Below, piece by piece: positions 36,779 through 45,349 of a DNA stretch of 64,000 nucleotides. Position 1 is the first letter of the stretch, and every line of letters starts with the position of its first letter. The position numbers and the translations under genes were made by a program. Source of the stretch: a virus. Its lineage: Duplodnaviria > Heunggongvirae > Uroviricota > Caudoviricetes. The notes under the pieces are model-generated. The model had not been told where the DNA came from. It did not search any database and worked only from the letters and a program-made list of their open reading frames with translations. Location: positions 1 to 64,000 of the IMG/VR virus record IMGVR_UViG_3300047548_001036; one strand, 5' to 3'.

Positions 36779-36984
36779 GGCAATTAAACAAGGCCATTTG
36801 GCCGCACTGTATTACTGTTGGGCAAGGCGATAACTACGCCGCCATCACTCGTGCAGAAAAGTGGGCAACACAAAAACTAGGAAAAAAGACACATCGGTGG
36901 ACTATGGTCCAGGGCTATGAATCTACACGGTTCTATTTTAAGGAAGGCCGTGATGCCACATTATTTTCTCTATCATGTCTGTAG
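36775..36984 (+). CDS. RWS family member with degenerate C-terminus (…RDATLFSLSCL)
   Basis: motif truncated relative to next gene (RDATLFSLRWGL). Confidence 0.4.
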   Translation: MRQLNKAIWPHCITVGQGDNYAAITRAEKWATQKLGKKTHRWTMVQGYESTRFYFKEGRDATLFSLSCL

Positions 36985-37214
36985 TAGTTAGAACAAATAA
37001 TCAAGAGAGAACAATAATCGAAATGGATGAGTTATTTCGATGGTGCCTCTCTACATTTGGAATTCCGGGCAACGAGCTCGATTCAACCTGGATGTATGGA
37101 AAAACTCCAGATTGGACCGGATCTTCTCGGCCTAACGGCCCGTGGGATGTCGAATGGATTGAATTTCGAAATGATCGAGATGCCACACTGTTTTCTTTAA
37201 GATGGGGTTTATAA
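36975..37214 (+). CDS. RWS family small protein
   Basis: LFRWCLSTFGIPGN ... RDATLFSLRWGL. Confidence 0.6.
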   Translation: MSVVVRTNNQERTIIEMDELFRWCLSTFGIPGNELDSTWMYGKTPDWTGSSRPNGPWDVEWIEFRNDRDATLFSLRWGL

Positions 37215-37439
37215 ATGAACTGGCAATTTCGATTACGTGAGATTCATGTTCTGCTAATGAATAGCACATCGGAGTTAACTAGTAACGCAGCTGGTTTTGC
37301 AACCTTGATAATGCACCAGCATTATCCGGGTAAATATCGAGTTGTCGAGAATTATGAGCCTGCTCGAGGATGCTTTGAATTCAAACTAAAATTCGACGAT
37401 CCGCGTGAAGAAACATTATTTTTAATAAAATATTCATGA
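37215..37439 (+). CDS. RWS family small protein
   Basis: …REETLFLIKYS. Confidence 0.5.
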   Translation: MNWQFRLREIHVLLMNSTSELTSNAAGFATLIMHQHYPGKYRVVENYEPARGCFEFKLKFDDPREETLFLIKYS

Positions 37440-37648
37440 AACCAATTGACCATGTCATGGCCCATTTTGGGCTATACTTTATGAATGAAATAACACGGCG
37501 TAAAGTGGTCTATTTTCTTAACGAAAATTACCCTGAAGCAACATGGGAGGTTGAATTTTTTAAGGATAATGTTAATCAAAAAATAGTGATCAACCCTGTG
37601 TTCAAAAATCCAAAAGATGAAACTTTCTACCGGTTAATGTGGAGTTAA
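37436..37648 (+). CDS. RWS family small protein
   Basis: …KDETFYRLMWS. Confidence 0.5.
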   Translation: MKPIDHVMAHFGLYFMNEITRRKVVYFLNENYPEATWEVEFFKDNVNQKIVINPVFKNPKDETFYRLMWS

Positions 37649-37649
37649 T

Positions 37650-37880
37650 GTGATCATTTATACGTATCCTAATCCTTTTCCTCTTGGCGGTCACGTAGTA
37701 TCATTTCTTTCTTTTCGGTTAATTGACAACATCAAGGAATGGTGTTATAATACATACGGAGAACCGGGAATACCTACTAATACTACTTCTAGATGGTACG
37801 ACAGCATAAAATATGGAGAAATTTTATTTAGAGATGAAAGAGATGTAACATTATTCTTACTGAGATGGTCAAGCGAATGA
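37650..37880 (+). CDS. RWS family small protein
   Basis: IKEWCYNTYGEPG ... RDVTLFLLRWSSE. Confidence 0.6.
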   Translation: MIIYTYPNPFPLGGHVVSFLSFRLIDNIKEWCYNTYGEPGIPTNTTSRWYDSIKYGEILFRDERDVTLFLLRWSSE

Positions 37881-38299
37881 TAAGCAAACTTAAACATTGG
37901 ATTTCCCAAAAACTGTTAGCTCGTAAGCTACGTAAAAGCGGATTCCGTACCTGGGAAGCGTACAATCGTTGGTACGATCCAGATGTTGACCAACGAGCGC
38001 ACCGTGTAGAAGATTTCTACTGCGGTTATCCCTATGTTTACTGCTTTGAAGATCGAGGACACCATGCTTATCAATTAATTTATGATCACGGTCCCGGCGG
38101 ATATAAAGATGCTATCGATACTATCAGTGAATGGTGTAAACATACATGTAAAGATAAAACCAGGATTGATTTTCACAGAGTATCCAAAGAAAGCTGGGAT
38201 ACTCGGTGGGTAGTTAATGAACTAGGTGGCGGAGATTATATATTTGTAGCATTTAAAAGTGAAAGAGATTACCTATGGTTTCTAATGAAGTGGTCGTAA
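37876..38299 (+). CDS. RWS family protein (larger, 141 aa)
   Basis: ISEWCKHTCKDKT ... RDYLWFLMKWS; ATGA overlap. Confidence 0.55.
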
Positions 38300-38493
38300 C
38301 TGTAGACCTTGGTCCTTTATCTTATAAGTTAGCTAGAGACATCATCTTCTGGTGCTATCGAAACGGACATGATCAAGAAAAGTGCCACGAGCTAATTAAT
38401 TACATGTGCAGTGTTGCTCCTCCAGAAGTATTAGACTGGACTGTAACGCTTCCTGAAAAGAACTTTACTTGGTTTTTACTAAAGCACTCATGA
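38275..38493 (+). CDS. RWS family small protein
   Basis: IIFWCYRNGHDQ ... KNFTWFLLKHS. Confidence 0.5.
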   Translation: MVSNEVVVTVDLGPLSYKLARDIIFWCYRNGHDQEKCHELINYMCSVAPPEVLDWTVTLPEKNFTWFLLKHS

Positions 38494-38717
38494 AACGTTT
38501 AGATTACGAAGTAATAGTCCCTCGAAGATCGGTGCATGAGAATGTACAAATAGATCTATGGTGTACTAAGCAATGGGGTCTGAGATGGGATCCTATTGAT
38601 AATCGAGAAGGACATTGGGCAGTATTTTGGGCAGGACCGAAAATTCGTCCAAGTTCTTTCAGATGGCGTTTTGATACACAAGAACGCGCTAACTGGTTTG
38701 CACTGAAGTGGCTATGA
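38490..38717 (+). CDS. RWS family small protein
   Basis: IDLWCTKQWGLRW ... RANWFALKWL; ATGA overlap. Confidence 0.55.
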   Translation: MKRLDYEVIVPRRSVHENVQIDLWCTKQWGLRWDPIDNREGHWAVFWAGPKIRPSSFRWRFDTQERANWFALKWL

Positions 38718-38929
38718 AATATAGAATCATAGAACTCGGACCCTGGGCAATAAAAGGCCATCCTTACGACTGTAAAATAGAATTAATTGACTACGGACTC
38801 GATACACGTGAGCAAATCGCGGATTGGTTAGAAGAATCTAAAATTCCGCACTTCACATTCGGACGAACAAGTTCGGTTATTTACTTAGAGAAAAAACACG
38901 CTACTTGGTTTGCACTACGATGGACTTGA
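38714..38929 (+). CDS. RWS family small protein
   Basis: …KKHATWFALRWT. Confidence 0.55.
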   Translation: MKYRIIELGPWAIKGHPYDCKIELIDYGLDTREQIADWLEESKIPHFTFGRTSSVIYLEKKHATWFALRWT

Positions 38930-39129
38930 CTTTACCTTTTACCGGCAATCACCGCGCCGTGTCGTATGTTCGAGAAAAATATAAGTTAAAAGACTACCAA
39001 ACTTCAGCCGAACTTTTTGAGAAAGAATTCAACTGTAAGATAAAGTGGAACTGGGGAGATTGCTATATTGAATTTAATGATGAAAAATCTTACATATGGT
39101 ATCAACTAAAATGGTCAACGTCTTCTTAA
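38920..39129 (+). CDS. RWS family small protein
   Basis: …EKSYIWYQLKWSTSS. Confidence 0.5.
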   Translation: MDLTLPFTGNHRAVSYVREKYKLKDYQTSAELFEKEFNCKIKWNWGDCYIEFNDEKSYIWYQLKWSTSS

Positions 39130-39344
39130 CCGATAAAGGCATTGCTTACCGAGATACCGAGCAGCACTTTGCTAGTATAGATGCATGGGCACAGAAATAC
39201 TGCCCAACATACGTAGGGTATCATGTGCAAGATGTTAGCGACGTTAGTTACTACTACGACCAAATTGCCTGCTATCAATTTAACGAAGAACGGTGTGCAA
39301 ACTGGTTTAAATTAAAGTGGAGCAGCAATGAGTGCCGTAGTTAG
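39111..39344 (+). CDS. RWS family small protein
   Basis: IDAWAQKYCPTY ... RCANWFKLKWSS. Confidence 0.5.
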   Translation: MVNVFLTDKGIAYRDTEQHFASIDAWAQKYCPTYVGYHVQDVSDVSYYYDQIACYQFNEERCANWFKLKWSSNECRS

Positions 39345-39525
39345 TTTAAAATACGACCCTGCTTGGGTAGCGTTAGACTGGGCAAAAAAGCACTGCCGCA
39401 GCTACATTACTAATGTGCAAGCATCTGCTATAAATTATCCGGCGGGCGTTAAAATCAACTACTATTTTGCTAGCGAACGAGATGCGTTTTTGTTTAAACT
39501 ACGGTGGAGCGATCAAGTTGTCTAA
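39328..39525 (+). CDS. RWS family small protein
   Basis: VALDWAKKHCRSY ... RDAFLFKLRWSDQVV. Confidence 0.55.
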   Translation: MSAVVSLKYDPAWVALDWAKKHCRSYITNVQASAINYPAGVKINYYFASERDAFLFKLRWSDQVV

Positions 39526-39739
39526 ACAGGATTATTGCATACACTTTGCCGAAGTGTCGCACCTTTCTATGCAAGAAAGATTTGAAGCTGCTATGTGGTG
39601 CTTAATTCGATTTGATCAAGCTACAGTAGATCTGTTTGGAACTAAACAAGTAATCGGCCGATATAGCACCGAAACTGTTTACGGTTTCTACTTTGCTAGA
39701 GAAAAAGATGTTACAATGTTTAGACTAGCATGGGGATGA
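39467..39739 (+). CDS. RWS family small protein (start uncertain)
   Basis: …KDVTMFRLAWG. Confidence 0.45.
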   Translation: MLANEMRFCLNYGGAIKLSKQDYCIHFAEVSHLSMQERFEAAMWCLIRFDQATVDLFGTKQVIGRYSTETVYGFYFAREKDVTMFRLAWG

Positions 39740-39742
39740 TAA

Positions 39743-39895
39743 ATGAACTGGCAATATAACGGAGTAGCACCGTGGACTGACATTGTAGATTGGTGTTGGT
39801 CTACGTTTGGTGCAGATAATGTTTCAGCTAAGTGGGAAACTATTCATTTTAGCCGCCCTCGAGACTACACTTTATTTTTGTTAAAGTGGGGATAA
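39743..39895 (+). CDS. RWS family small protein (50 aa)
   Basis: IVDWCWSTFGADN ... RDYTLFLLKWG. Confidence 0.5.
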   Translation: MNWQYNGVAPWTDIVDWCWSTFGADNVSAKWETIHFSRPRDYTLFLLKWG

Positions 39896-39896
39896 C

Positions 39897-40106
39897 ATGA
39901 AAACTCTTCCTAAACATCCGTACTTACAAAATATTGTTAACGAATATCATCGCGTAAGCGGTGGAACTTGGCCGGTAGGGCCTGAATACAGATATTGGCT
40001 TGCCCAGTTTGGATTTAAAGTTCCTGTACGAGAAGACTACCTAGAGTTTCCGGATGACTTTAGCGAAAAAGAACTGCTACTGTTTACTATAAGGTTCGGC
40101 GGATGA
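39897..40106 (+). CDS. RWS family small protein
   Basis: …KELLLFTIRFGG. Confidence 0.5.
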   Translation: MKTLPKHPYLQNIVNEYHRVSGGTWPVGPEYRYWLAQFGFKVPVREDYLEFPDDFSEKELLLFTIRFGG

Positions 40107-40360
40107 GACAATTAACTACACTTACAAAAACTTGGAAGGGTGTAGAGTACTATTGCGTTGATGTAGAAATGAATGACCCGGATGCAAGTAATAGCTTAAC
40201 TACTTGGATAGCAATGCAGAGGTGGTGTATAAATCTGCTAGGGCCGCAAGGAGACCCGTGGGAAGAGTCGGTTCCAAGGTGGTATTTTAACAACAGCAAG
40301 TTTTGGTTTAGAGAAGATCATAACCGGACACTGTTTATACTAAGATGGTCTCATGGTTAG
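40103..40360 (+). CDS. RWS family small protein
   Basis: WIAMQRWCINLLGP ... HNRTLFILRWSHG. Confidence 0.6.
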   Translation: MRQLTTLTKTWKGVEYYCVDVEMNDPDASNSLTTWIAMQRWCINLLGPQGDPWEESVPRWYFNNSKFWFREDHNRTLFILRWSHG

Positions 40361-40532
40361 AATATGCATACAGTGCCCTATTACTTGGGCCGACCAGCTT
40401 GCGTGGATTCATCAACGGTGTAAAAATTACCGTGATGTTACCAACTGGCGAAGTTGGTGTTTAGGCGTTCATCCTATTTACTACGAGCTCACAGAAAAAG
40501 ATGCCACTCTATTTCATCTTAGGTGGAGCTAA
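40353..40532 (+). CDS. RWS family small protein (59 aa, below ORF-track cutoff)
   Basis: my translation: MVRICIQCPITWADQLAWIHQRCKNYRDV...EKDATLFHLRWS. Confidence 0.45.
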   Translation: MVRICIQCPITWADQLAWIHQRCKNYRDVTNWRSWCLGVHPIYYELTEKDATLFHLRWS

Positions 40533-40747
40533 TGGACTACAAAGCTGTCATCGCACTTAAAACTAATAATGTTTGGGACACAGAAGCTCGTGTTAATGAG
40601 ATATGGGAGATTAAAGAATGGCTAGACGAATTAGTAAAATGGCAAAGAGGGATGTATTCTGTGCAATATTTAACAACTAGCCAACAATTACTGGTTTGGT
40701 TCAGAGAAGAACGACATGCAACGATGTGCTCCTTGAGGTGGTCATGA
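40532..40747 (+). CDS. RWS family small protein
   Basis: IKEWLDELVKWQRG ... RHATMCSLRWS; TAATG coupling. Confidence 0.55.
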   Translation: MDYKAVIALKTNNVWDTEARVNEIWEIKEWLDELVKWQRGMYSVQYLTTSQQLLVWFREERHATMCSLRWS

Positions 40748-41121
40748 GTTTAAGGATGCTATGGAAAATGAATAAAAAATCAAGCGACTGGTGGGTGCTT
40801 GACGTTATAAGTAACCGTAAGCAGTTGGTTAATATCTGGCATACAGTCTGGTGGAAATTGATGCCTGGAACGGAAATTAAAGTGCCGTGGCCACATGGAT
40901 GGACTGAACCCGTAGTGTCAGCAGACGGTAGTATTGTTCAAACAGAATCCAGTGACCCAAACGACCATTATAGGCCGTGGCTTGTTAAAAATGTAGGCCG
41001 GCAAGGATGGGACTGGCAGTGGGATCTACGCGACTACGACATCATTGATAATACATTAACTATTAAGTTTCGGCAAGGAAAATCAAAGTGGGCAACGGTT
41101 GCAGCAATTAAATGGAGTTAA
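40744..41121 (+). CDS. RWS family protein (125 aa)
   Basis: …KSKWATVAAIKWS; ATGA overlap. Confidence 0.5.
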   Translation: MSLRMLWKMNKKSSDWWVLDVISNRKQLVNIWHTVWWKLMPGTEIKVPWPHGWTEPVVSADGSIVQTESSDPNDHYRPWLVKNVGRQGWDWQWDLRDYDIIDNTLTIKFRQGKSKWATVAAIKWS

Positions 41122-41122
41122 C

Positions 41123-41545
41123 ATGAGAGCACAAGATTACATATACCTATTTGAAAAAAACTTAAACAAGTTCTGTTCGCAGTATCGAGCCCATGTAAAA
41201 GCAGGACAACCGATGCGTAGAGTTGATCCTATATGGGCCGATCCTATCTCTAATAATTATCGTGATTTTCATGTGACTACATACGAAGTTCCTACCGTGG
41301 AGATCGTTATTAGTGAAAATGATTTATCTGCGCTAATGAACGACCTTGCTGAAATGGATACGTCGGAGTATAACGAATTTGTAAGATACAATAAAATTTT
41401 AGGCCGAGGGTTTATGAACGATCTACAAACATACAAATATCGCCAGTCTAAGGAAGAACACATAAGAAATCAAAACCCTGGAGTAAAAAAAGCTTGGGAA
41501 AACTATCAGCTTATGCTAAAATTAGCAGGGAATAATACACAATGA
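41123..41545 (+). CDS. hypothetical protein (140 aa), not a family member
   Basis: GGAG RBS; ORF opens at 41099. Confidence 0.5.
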   Translation: MRAQDYIYLFEKNLNKFCSQYRAHVKAGQPMRRVDPIWADPISNNYRDFHVTTYEVPTVEIVISENDLSALMNDLAEMDTSEYNEFVRYNKILGRGFMNDLQTYKYRQSKEEHIRNQNPGVKKAWENYQLMLKLAGNNTQ

Positions 41546-41664
41546 ATAAAATTTCTTATACTATTAGGTGGCAACAAAACTACAATACCTGGGATCAGCT
41601 GGAGATCCCAATTACAGATTTTACAGAAGCTCGAGCAGTATTAGACAGGATCATGAAACTATGA
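41542..41664 (+). CDS. tiny ORF (40 aa) MNKISYTIRWQQ..., possible family remnant
   Basis: ATGA-coupled at both ends. Confidence 0.25.
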   Translation: MNKISYTIRWQQNYNTWDQLEIPITDFTEARAVLDRIMKL

Positions 41665-41894
41665 CCGTAGCACATATGAAACTAAAAACCTGTGAAGTTG
41701 GCTTGTTTAGACTTCCGGGTATAGTTATAGAACATGACAAAGATGTAGGAGACTCGGAAATGAAGCGGCGGCTTGACGAAGCAGAGGTGTGGAGTGAAGA
41801 AACTAACTGTGGTAAGCGTATGAATGACTACTTGTGGTCTTTCCGCAACGAAAAGCAGAGAGACATGTTTATACTTAGATGGAGTGAACAATAA
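41661..41894 (+). CDS. RWS family small protein
   Basis: …KQRDMFILRWSEQ; ORF opens at 41568. Confidence 0.5.
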   Translation: MTVAHMKLKTCEVGLFRLPGIVIEHDKDVGDSEMKRRLDEAEVWSEETNCGKRMNDYLWSFRNEKQRDMFILRWSEQ

Positions 41895-42003
41895 TGGGGC
41901 AGGGTACACCACCTTGAATCGACGAAAATTTAATTCCGGAATTGTTGATGCACAAAATAAATTTCAAATAATTGACAATAAGATAGTTGAATACCGCAGG
42001 ATC

Positions 42004-42246
42004 ATGGTGCATCAGTTTACGGTCAAAGAAGAAGACACTGAACTGTTTGCATCAACTGAGCTCTGGAAATGGCAACAGAGCGAACAAGGCAAATGGGTAA
42101 TAGAACATGCTGTAGAACAACCGGAATGGCATATCATTGACAATCCTACCTGGTTTGTCACCAAGGTTGCAGTGATTGCCAGGTTGTCGGGGAAGGACAT
42201 AACATTTTGGGAGCTTAAATGGGGGAACACTATTAGACAACTCTAG
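42004..42246 (+). CDS. RWS family small protein (start uncertain; ORF opens at 41824)
   Basis: LWKWQQSEQGKW ... KDITFWELKWGNT. Confidence 0.4.
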   Translation: MVHQFTVKEEDTELFASTELWKWQQSEQGKWVIEHAVEQPEWHIIDNPTWFVTKVAVIARLSGKDITFWELKWGNTIRQL

Positions 42247-42252
42247 TATTAT

Positions 42253-42273
42253 GTTGTATAATATATGTACACA
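42253..42273 (+). promoter_or_regulatory. conserved phage promoter cassette
   Basis: TGTTGTATAATATATGTACAC. Confidence 0.55.
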
Positions 42274-42291
42274 GACACTAAAGAGGCTTGT

Positions 42292-42642
42292 ATGACTGGA
42301 TATAGTACCGTAATTAAACTTCGTCGATTCGAAGAAGATATCGATAAACTTGGTCTGCGCATGGCATACCCCAAATATGGTGGGCTTAGTAACCAGGGAT
42401 ACGGGGAAGTTCTAGCTCTGCTTCCCAAAGACAATGACAGCCTTCCTATATACAGTCGAGATGCAGAACTGTTTGTTGGCACACTGGAGCAAGCTGAAGA
42501 ATGGCTTCGAGGTGTCGCCTGGGCAAGGCAATACGATCAGCTATTAGGACTAACGGATGACAAAAAACGAGAAAGAAAAGAACAGATTGAACGAAATCGT
42601 TTGTTGCTTAGAACAATTAAAGAACCAGGGGCTGTTAACTAA
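42292..42642 (+). CDS. hypothetical protein (116 aa)
   Basis: AAAGAGG RBS after promoter. The ORF-list start 42265 lies within the -10 region. Confidence 0.5.
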   Translation: MTGYSTVIKLRRFEEDIDKLGLRMAYPKYGGLSNQGYGEVLALLPKDNDSLPIYSRDAELFVGTLEQAEEWLRGVAWARQYDQLLGLTDDKKRERKEQIERNRLLLRTIKEPGAVN

Positions 42643-42664
42643 CTCTAACCGCTACACAATACAC

Positions 42665-42856
42665 ATGTCACGTATGAATAAAACACTTACCCCAAACACT
42701 GCCTGGACTGATCAGGAAGGACAGAAGTTTGTAGTCACCGGACTTAACCAACAGAAATCTCAAACCTGGGTCACTTATAAAAAAGTATCCAACGGACTAA
42801 CATTCAAGTGTCTTGTCCCGGCATTCCTGCAACGATTTTTTGAATTTATTAACTAA
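42665..42856 (+). CDS. hypothetical protein (start uncertain; ORF opens at 42557)
   Basis: ORF. Confidence 0.3.
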   Translation: MSRMNKTLTPNTAWTDQEGQKFVVTGLNQQKSQTWVTYKKVSNGLTFKCLVPAFLQRFFEFIN

Positions 42857-42865
42857 GGCAACTAC

Positions 42866-43226
42866 TGTGGACATTTTTCTCTTGGCTCTAATTTGTGGAA
42901 TCGTTGGCTTTGTTTTGGGCTGGCTTATGCATGCAAAAGTGCTTGCCGACCGTCTACTGGAAGACCCGGATAGCATGATCAAAGCATTGCAAGACTACAA
43001 AGAAGAAGAACAGCTAAATGCTCGATCAACTTCAGCAAATGTACGAGAACTCGAAGTAGAACAAAAGGATGGTGTATTCTATCTGTATGCTAAGGATAAT
43101 GGGCAGTTCCTTTCTCAGGCATCCACACTAGATGATGCACTTGAGCTAGTGTACGAGCGTTTTCCAAATCAAGAATTTCAAGGGGTTATTTCCAAAGAAG
43201 ATGCAAAACGAATGGGTCTGTCCTAA
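42866..43226 (+). CDS. membrane-anchored hypothetical protein (N-terminal TM helix)
   Basis: AAGG RBS + GTG; DIFLLALICGIVGFVLGWLM. Confidence 0.4.
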
Positions 43227-43233
43227 CTAAAGT

Positions 43234-43265
43234 ACAGAGCATTTTCCAAAATGCTCTTTTTTGCC
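43234..43265 (+). terminator. rho-independent terminator
   Basis: AGAGCATTTT-CC-AAAATGCTCT followed by TTTTT. Confidence 0.65.
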
Positions 43266-43289
43266 TTATAAATACATCAAGGTGGCAAT

Positions 43290-44114
43290 ATGAAAACAAG
43301 AGTATTAGTTACAGGACACGATGGCTTTATAGGCCGCAACATGACAAGTTGGTTAGACCAACAAGGCTACCTAGTAGATGGATGGGAATGGGACCCAGAC
43401 ACATTCCCCAATGTAGAAAGCTATGATTGGGTTATACATCTAGGTGCCATTACAGATTCCACAGTGCGCGATGTTGATGCAGTTATGAGACAGAACTTTG
43501 AGTTTAGTCAGCGATTGTTCAACGAATGCAACGCACATGGCACGCATTTTCAGTATGCCAGTACAAGTAGTGTTTACGGAAATACTAAAGATTTTTCTGA
43601 AACAGCACCATGTTTTCCTCAGAGTCCGTACGCATGGAGCAAATACTTGTTCGACCGCTGGGTGTTTCAACAACCACATAACATAATGGTTCAGGGTTTC
43701 CGATATTTCAACGTCTATGGTAAATGGATGCATTTAAGAAAAGGACGAACAAACTTTATATACCGATGCCGTCAACAAGCAAAGAAGCAGGGCTATATCG
43801 AAGTTTGGGAAGGTGCAGAGCATGTGCGCAGGGACTGGACCTGGGTCGGCGACCTATGTCGCTTACATACAGATTTTATTGAATCAGTGGTGGGCAGTGG
43901 TATCTGGAACGTGGGAACGGGACTTTCCCATAGCTTTCTAGACATTGCAGAAACGATTGCAGAACAAGAAGGTGTAGAAATTCGAGAAGTGCCTGTTCCG
44001 GACGAAGAACGAGCCAAATGGAGACAAAGCACCTGTGCCAACCTTAAACATTTAAAAGAAACTGTGGGCAAACGCCCCTGGCTTAATGTTTATGAATGGT
44101 TAGAAAAAGAATAA
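43290..44114 (+). CDS. NAD-dependent epimerase/dehydratase (SDR family; ADP-heptose-6-epimerase / UDP-sugar epimerase-like)
   Basis: N-terminal Rossmann VLVTGHDGFIGRN; size 274 aa. Confidence 0.55.
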   Translation: MKTRVLVTGHDGFIGRNMTSWLDQQGYLVDGWEWDPDTFPNVESYDWVIHLGAITDSTVRDVDAVMRQNFEFSQRLFNECNAHGTHFQYASTSSVYGNTKDFSETAPCFPQSPYAWSKYLFDRWVFQQPHNIMVQGFRYFNVYGKWMHLRKGRTNFIYRCRQQAKKQGYIEVWEGAEHVRRDWTWVGDLCRLHTDFIESVVGSGIWNVGTGLSHSFLDIAETIAEQEGVEIREVPVPDEERAKWRQSTCANLKHLKETVGKRPWLNVYEWLEKE

Positions 44115-44125
44115 ATATTAATACT

Positions 44126-44374
44126 ATGCTAATACACGAATTTATTAATCAACAAGATATCGACGACTTAGACGAAAAGGCCAGTCGAGCACTATGCCTA
44201 AGTACCAAATCAAACAAATCACTGGGTGCAAGTAATTTATCCAGTTGTAAAGCACAAGGCCTACGCTCACGCGAGGGTAAAAAGAAATACAAGATAGGAA
44301 AGAAGAACATCTCAGTTGGTGGACAAAAGGTCAAGGGCGAAAAATATGGTGGCCCAATTCATGATTATGGTTGA
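44126..44374 (+). CDS. hypothetical basic protein (start uncertain)
   Basis: ORF 44096-44374. Confidence 0.3.
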   Translation: MLIHEFINQQDIDDLDEKASRALCLSTKSNKSLGASNLSSCKAQGLRSREGKKKYKIGKKNISVGGQKVKGEKYGGPIHDYG

Positions 44375-44392
44375 TCCACAAGATAGTTAAAA

Positions 44393-45349
44393 ATGAAAGC
44401 TAGAGAATTTTTAAAAGAAGCTAAATCAGCCAAGTATAACAACTTGGCTATGAAGTATGCCTTTAATGATAATGCTTTAATATTGAAGGCATTTTCTAAA
44501 GAAGGCCCGTTAGCTTTCGCCAAATTTCTAAAAGAAGATCAGAATCTTTATCCACAACATCTATTTGTACATGATGACCATCAAAACAAAGGTATTGCTA
44601 AAGCAATGTATGACTATCTAAAGAGTGAAGGTTATACCATTCATAGAAGTCATGATCAAACTAAGGCAGGTGCTGGGTTTTGGGATAATCATCGTGGTAA
44701 AGGGTCGTCAGTTTGGGAAGAAGCTGCACTAGGTGAAGCTCCATTGCCCGCGGACTGGGATCCTGCGCAATATCGGCCAGGCACCACATTCAAGGATCGC
44801 CTAGCTTATGCTTTAGAAAGAGCAAAAAAGCTAGGAACTGGATCCAGTCGAGTTGCCACCATTATTGAATATCAAGGTCGTCCTACAGTGTTAAAGATTG
44901 CAAAAAATCGAAAAGGACTGGCACAAAACTCTGTAGAAGCCAGCATATTAGAGGATTGGTATGCCAAGAAACTGGATATCCTAATCCCTCTGATTGATTA
45001 CGACGAGCAAAATCAAGACCCCACGTGGATTCACACCGAAGTAGCAAATAAAGCTACTGAAAGGCAGTTGTGCAACCTTATGAAATGCGATAACTTAAGT
45101 CAGCTGGTTAATATGTCGAGTTCTATCGCAAAAAGGAAAATGTTTCAAGATCATTTTAGATCCAAAGGCCGAAGTGAAGAGGATATTGAAATCGTCAGTG
45201 AATATGCTGACAAGTTATACGAGCTGTATACAAATTTCGATGTAGAATTAGTGGACATGATCGGCGCCCGTAATTGGGGCATCTACAATGGCAAGCCAGT
45301 TATAATCGATATTGGGTTTAATACCGATGTAATGAAAAGGTTTTATTAA
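44393..45349 (+). CDS. putative capsid-packaged internal protein: CTS-like N-terminus MKAREFLKEA, GNAT-like segment, unknown C-terminal domain
   Basis: N-terminus matches T4 IP capsid-targeting sequence pattern MK..EF(I/L).EA; QNKGIAKAMYDY resembles GNAT motif A. Confidence 0.5.
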   Translation: MKAREFLKEAKSAKYNNLAMKYAFNDNALILKAFSKEGPLAFAKFLKEDQNLYPQHLFVHDDHQNKGIAKAMYDYLKSEGYTIHRSHDQTKAGAGFWDNHRGKGSSVWEEAALGEAPLPADWDPAQYRPGTTFKDRLAYALERAKKLGTGSSRVATIIEYQGRPTVLKIAKNRKGLAQNSVEASILEDWYAKKLDILIPLIDYDEQNQDPTWIHTEVANKATERQLCNLMKCDNLSQLVNMSSSIAKRKMFQDHFRSKGRSEEDIEIVSEYADKLYELYTNFDVELVDMIGARNWGIYNGKPVIIDIGFNTDVMKRFY

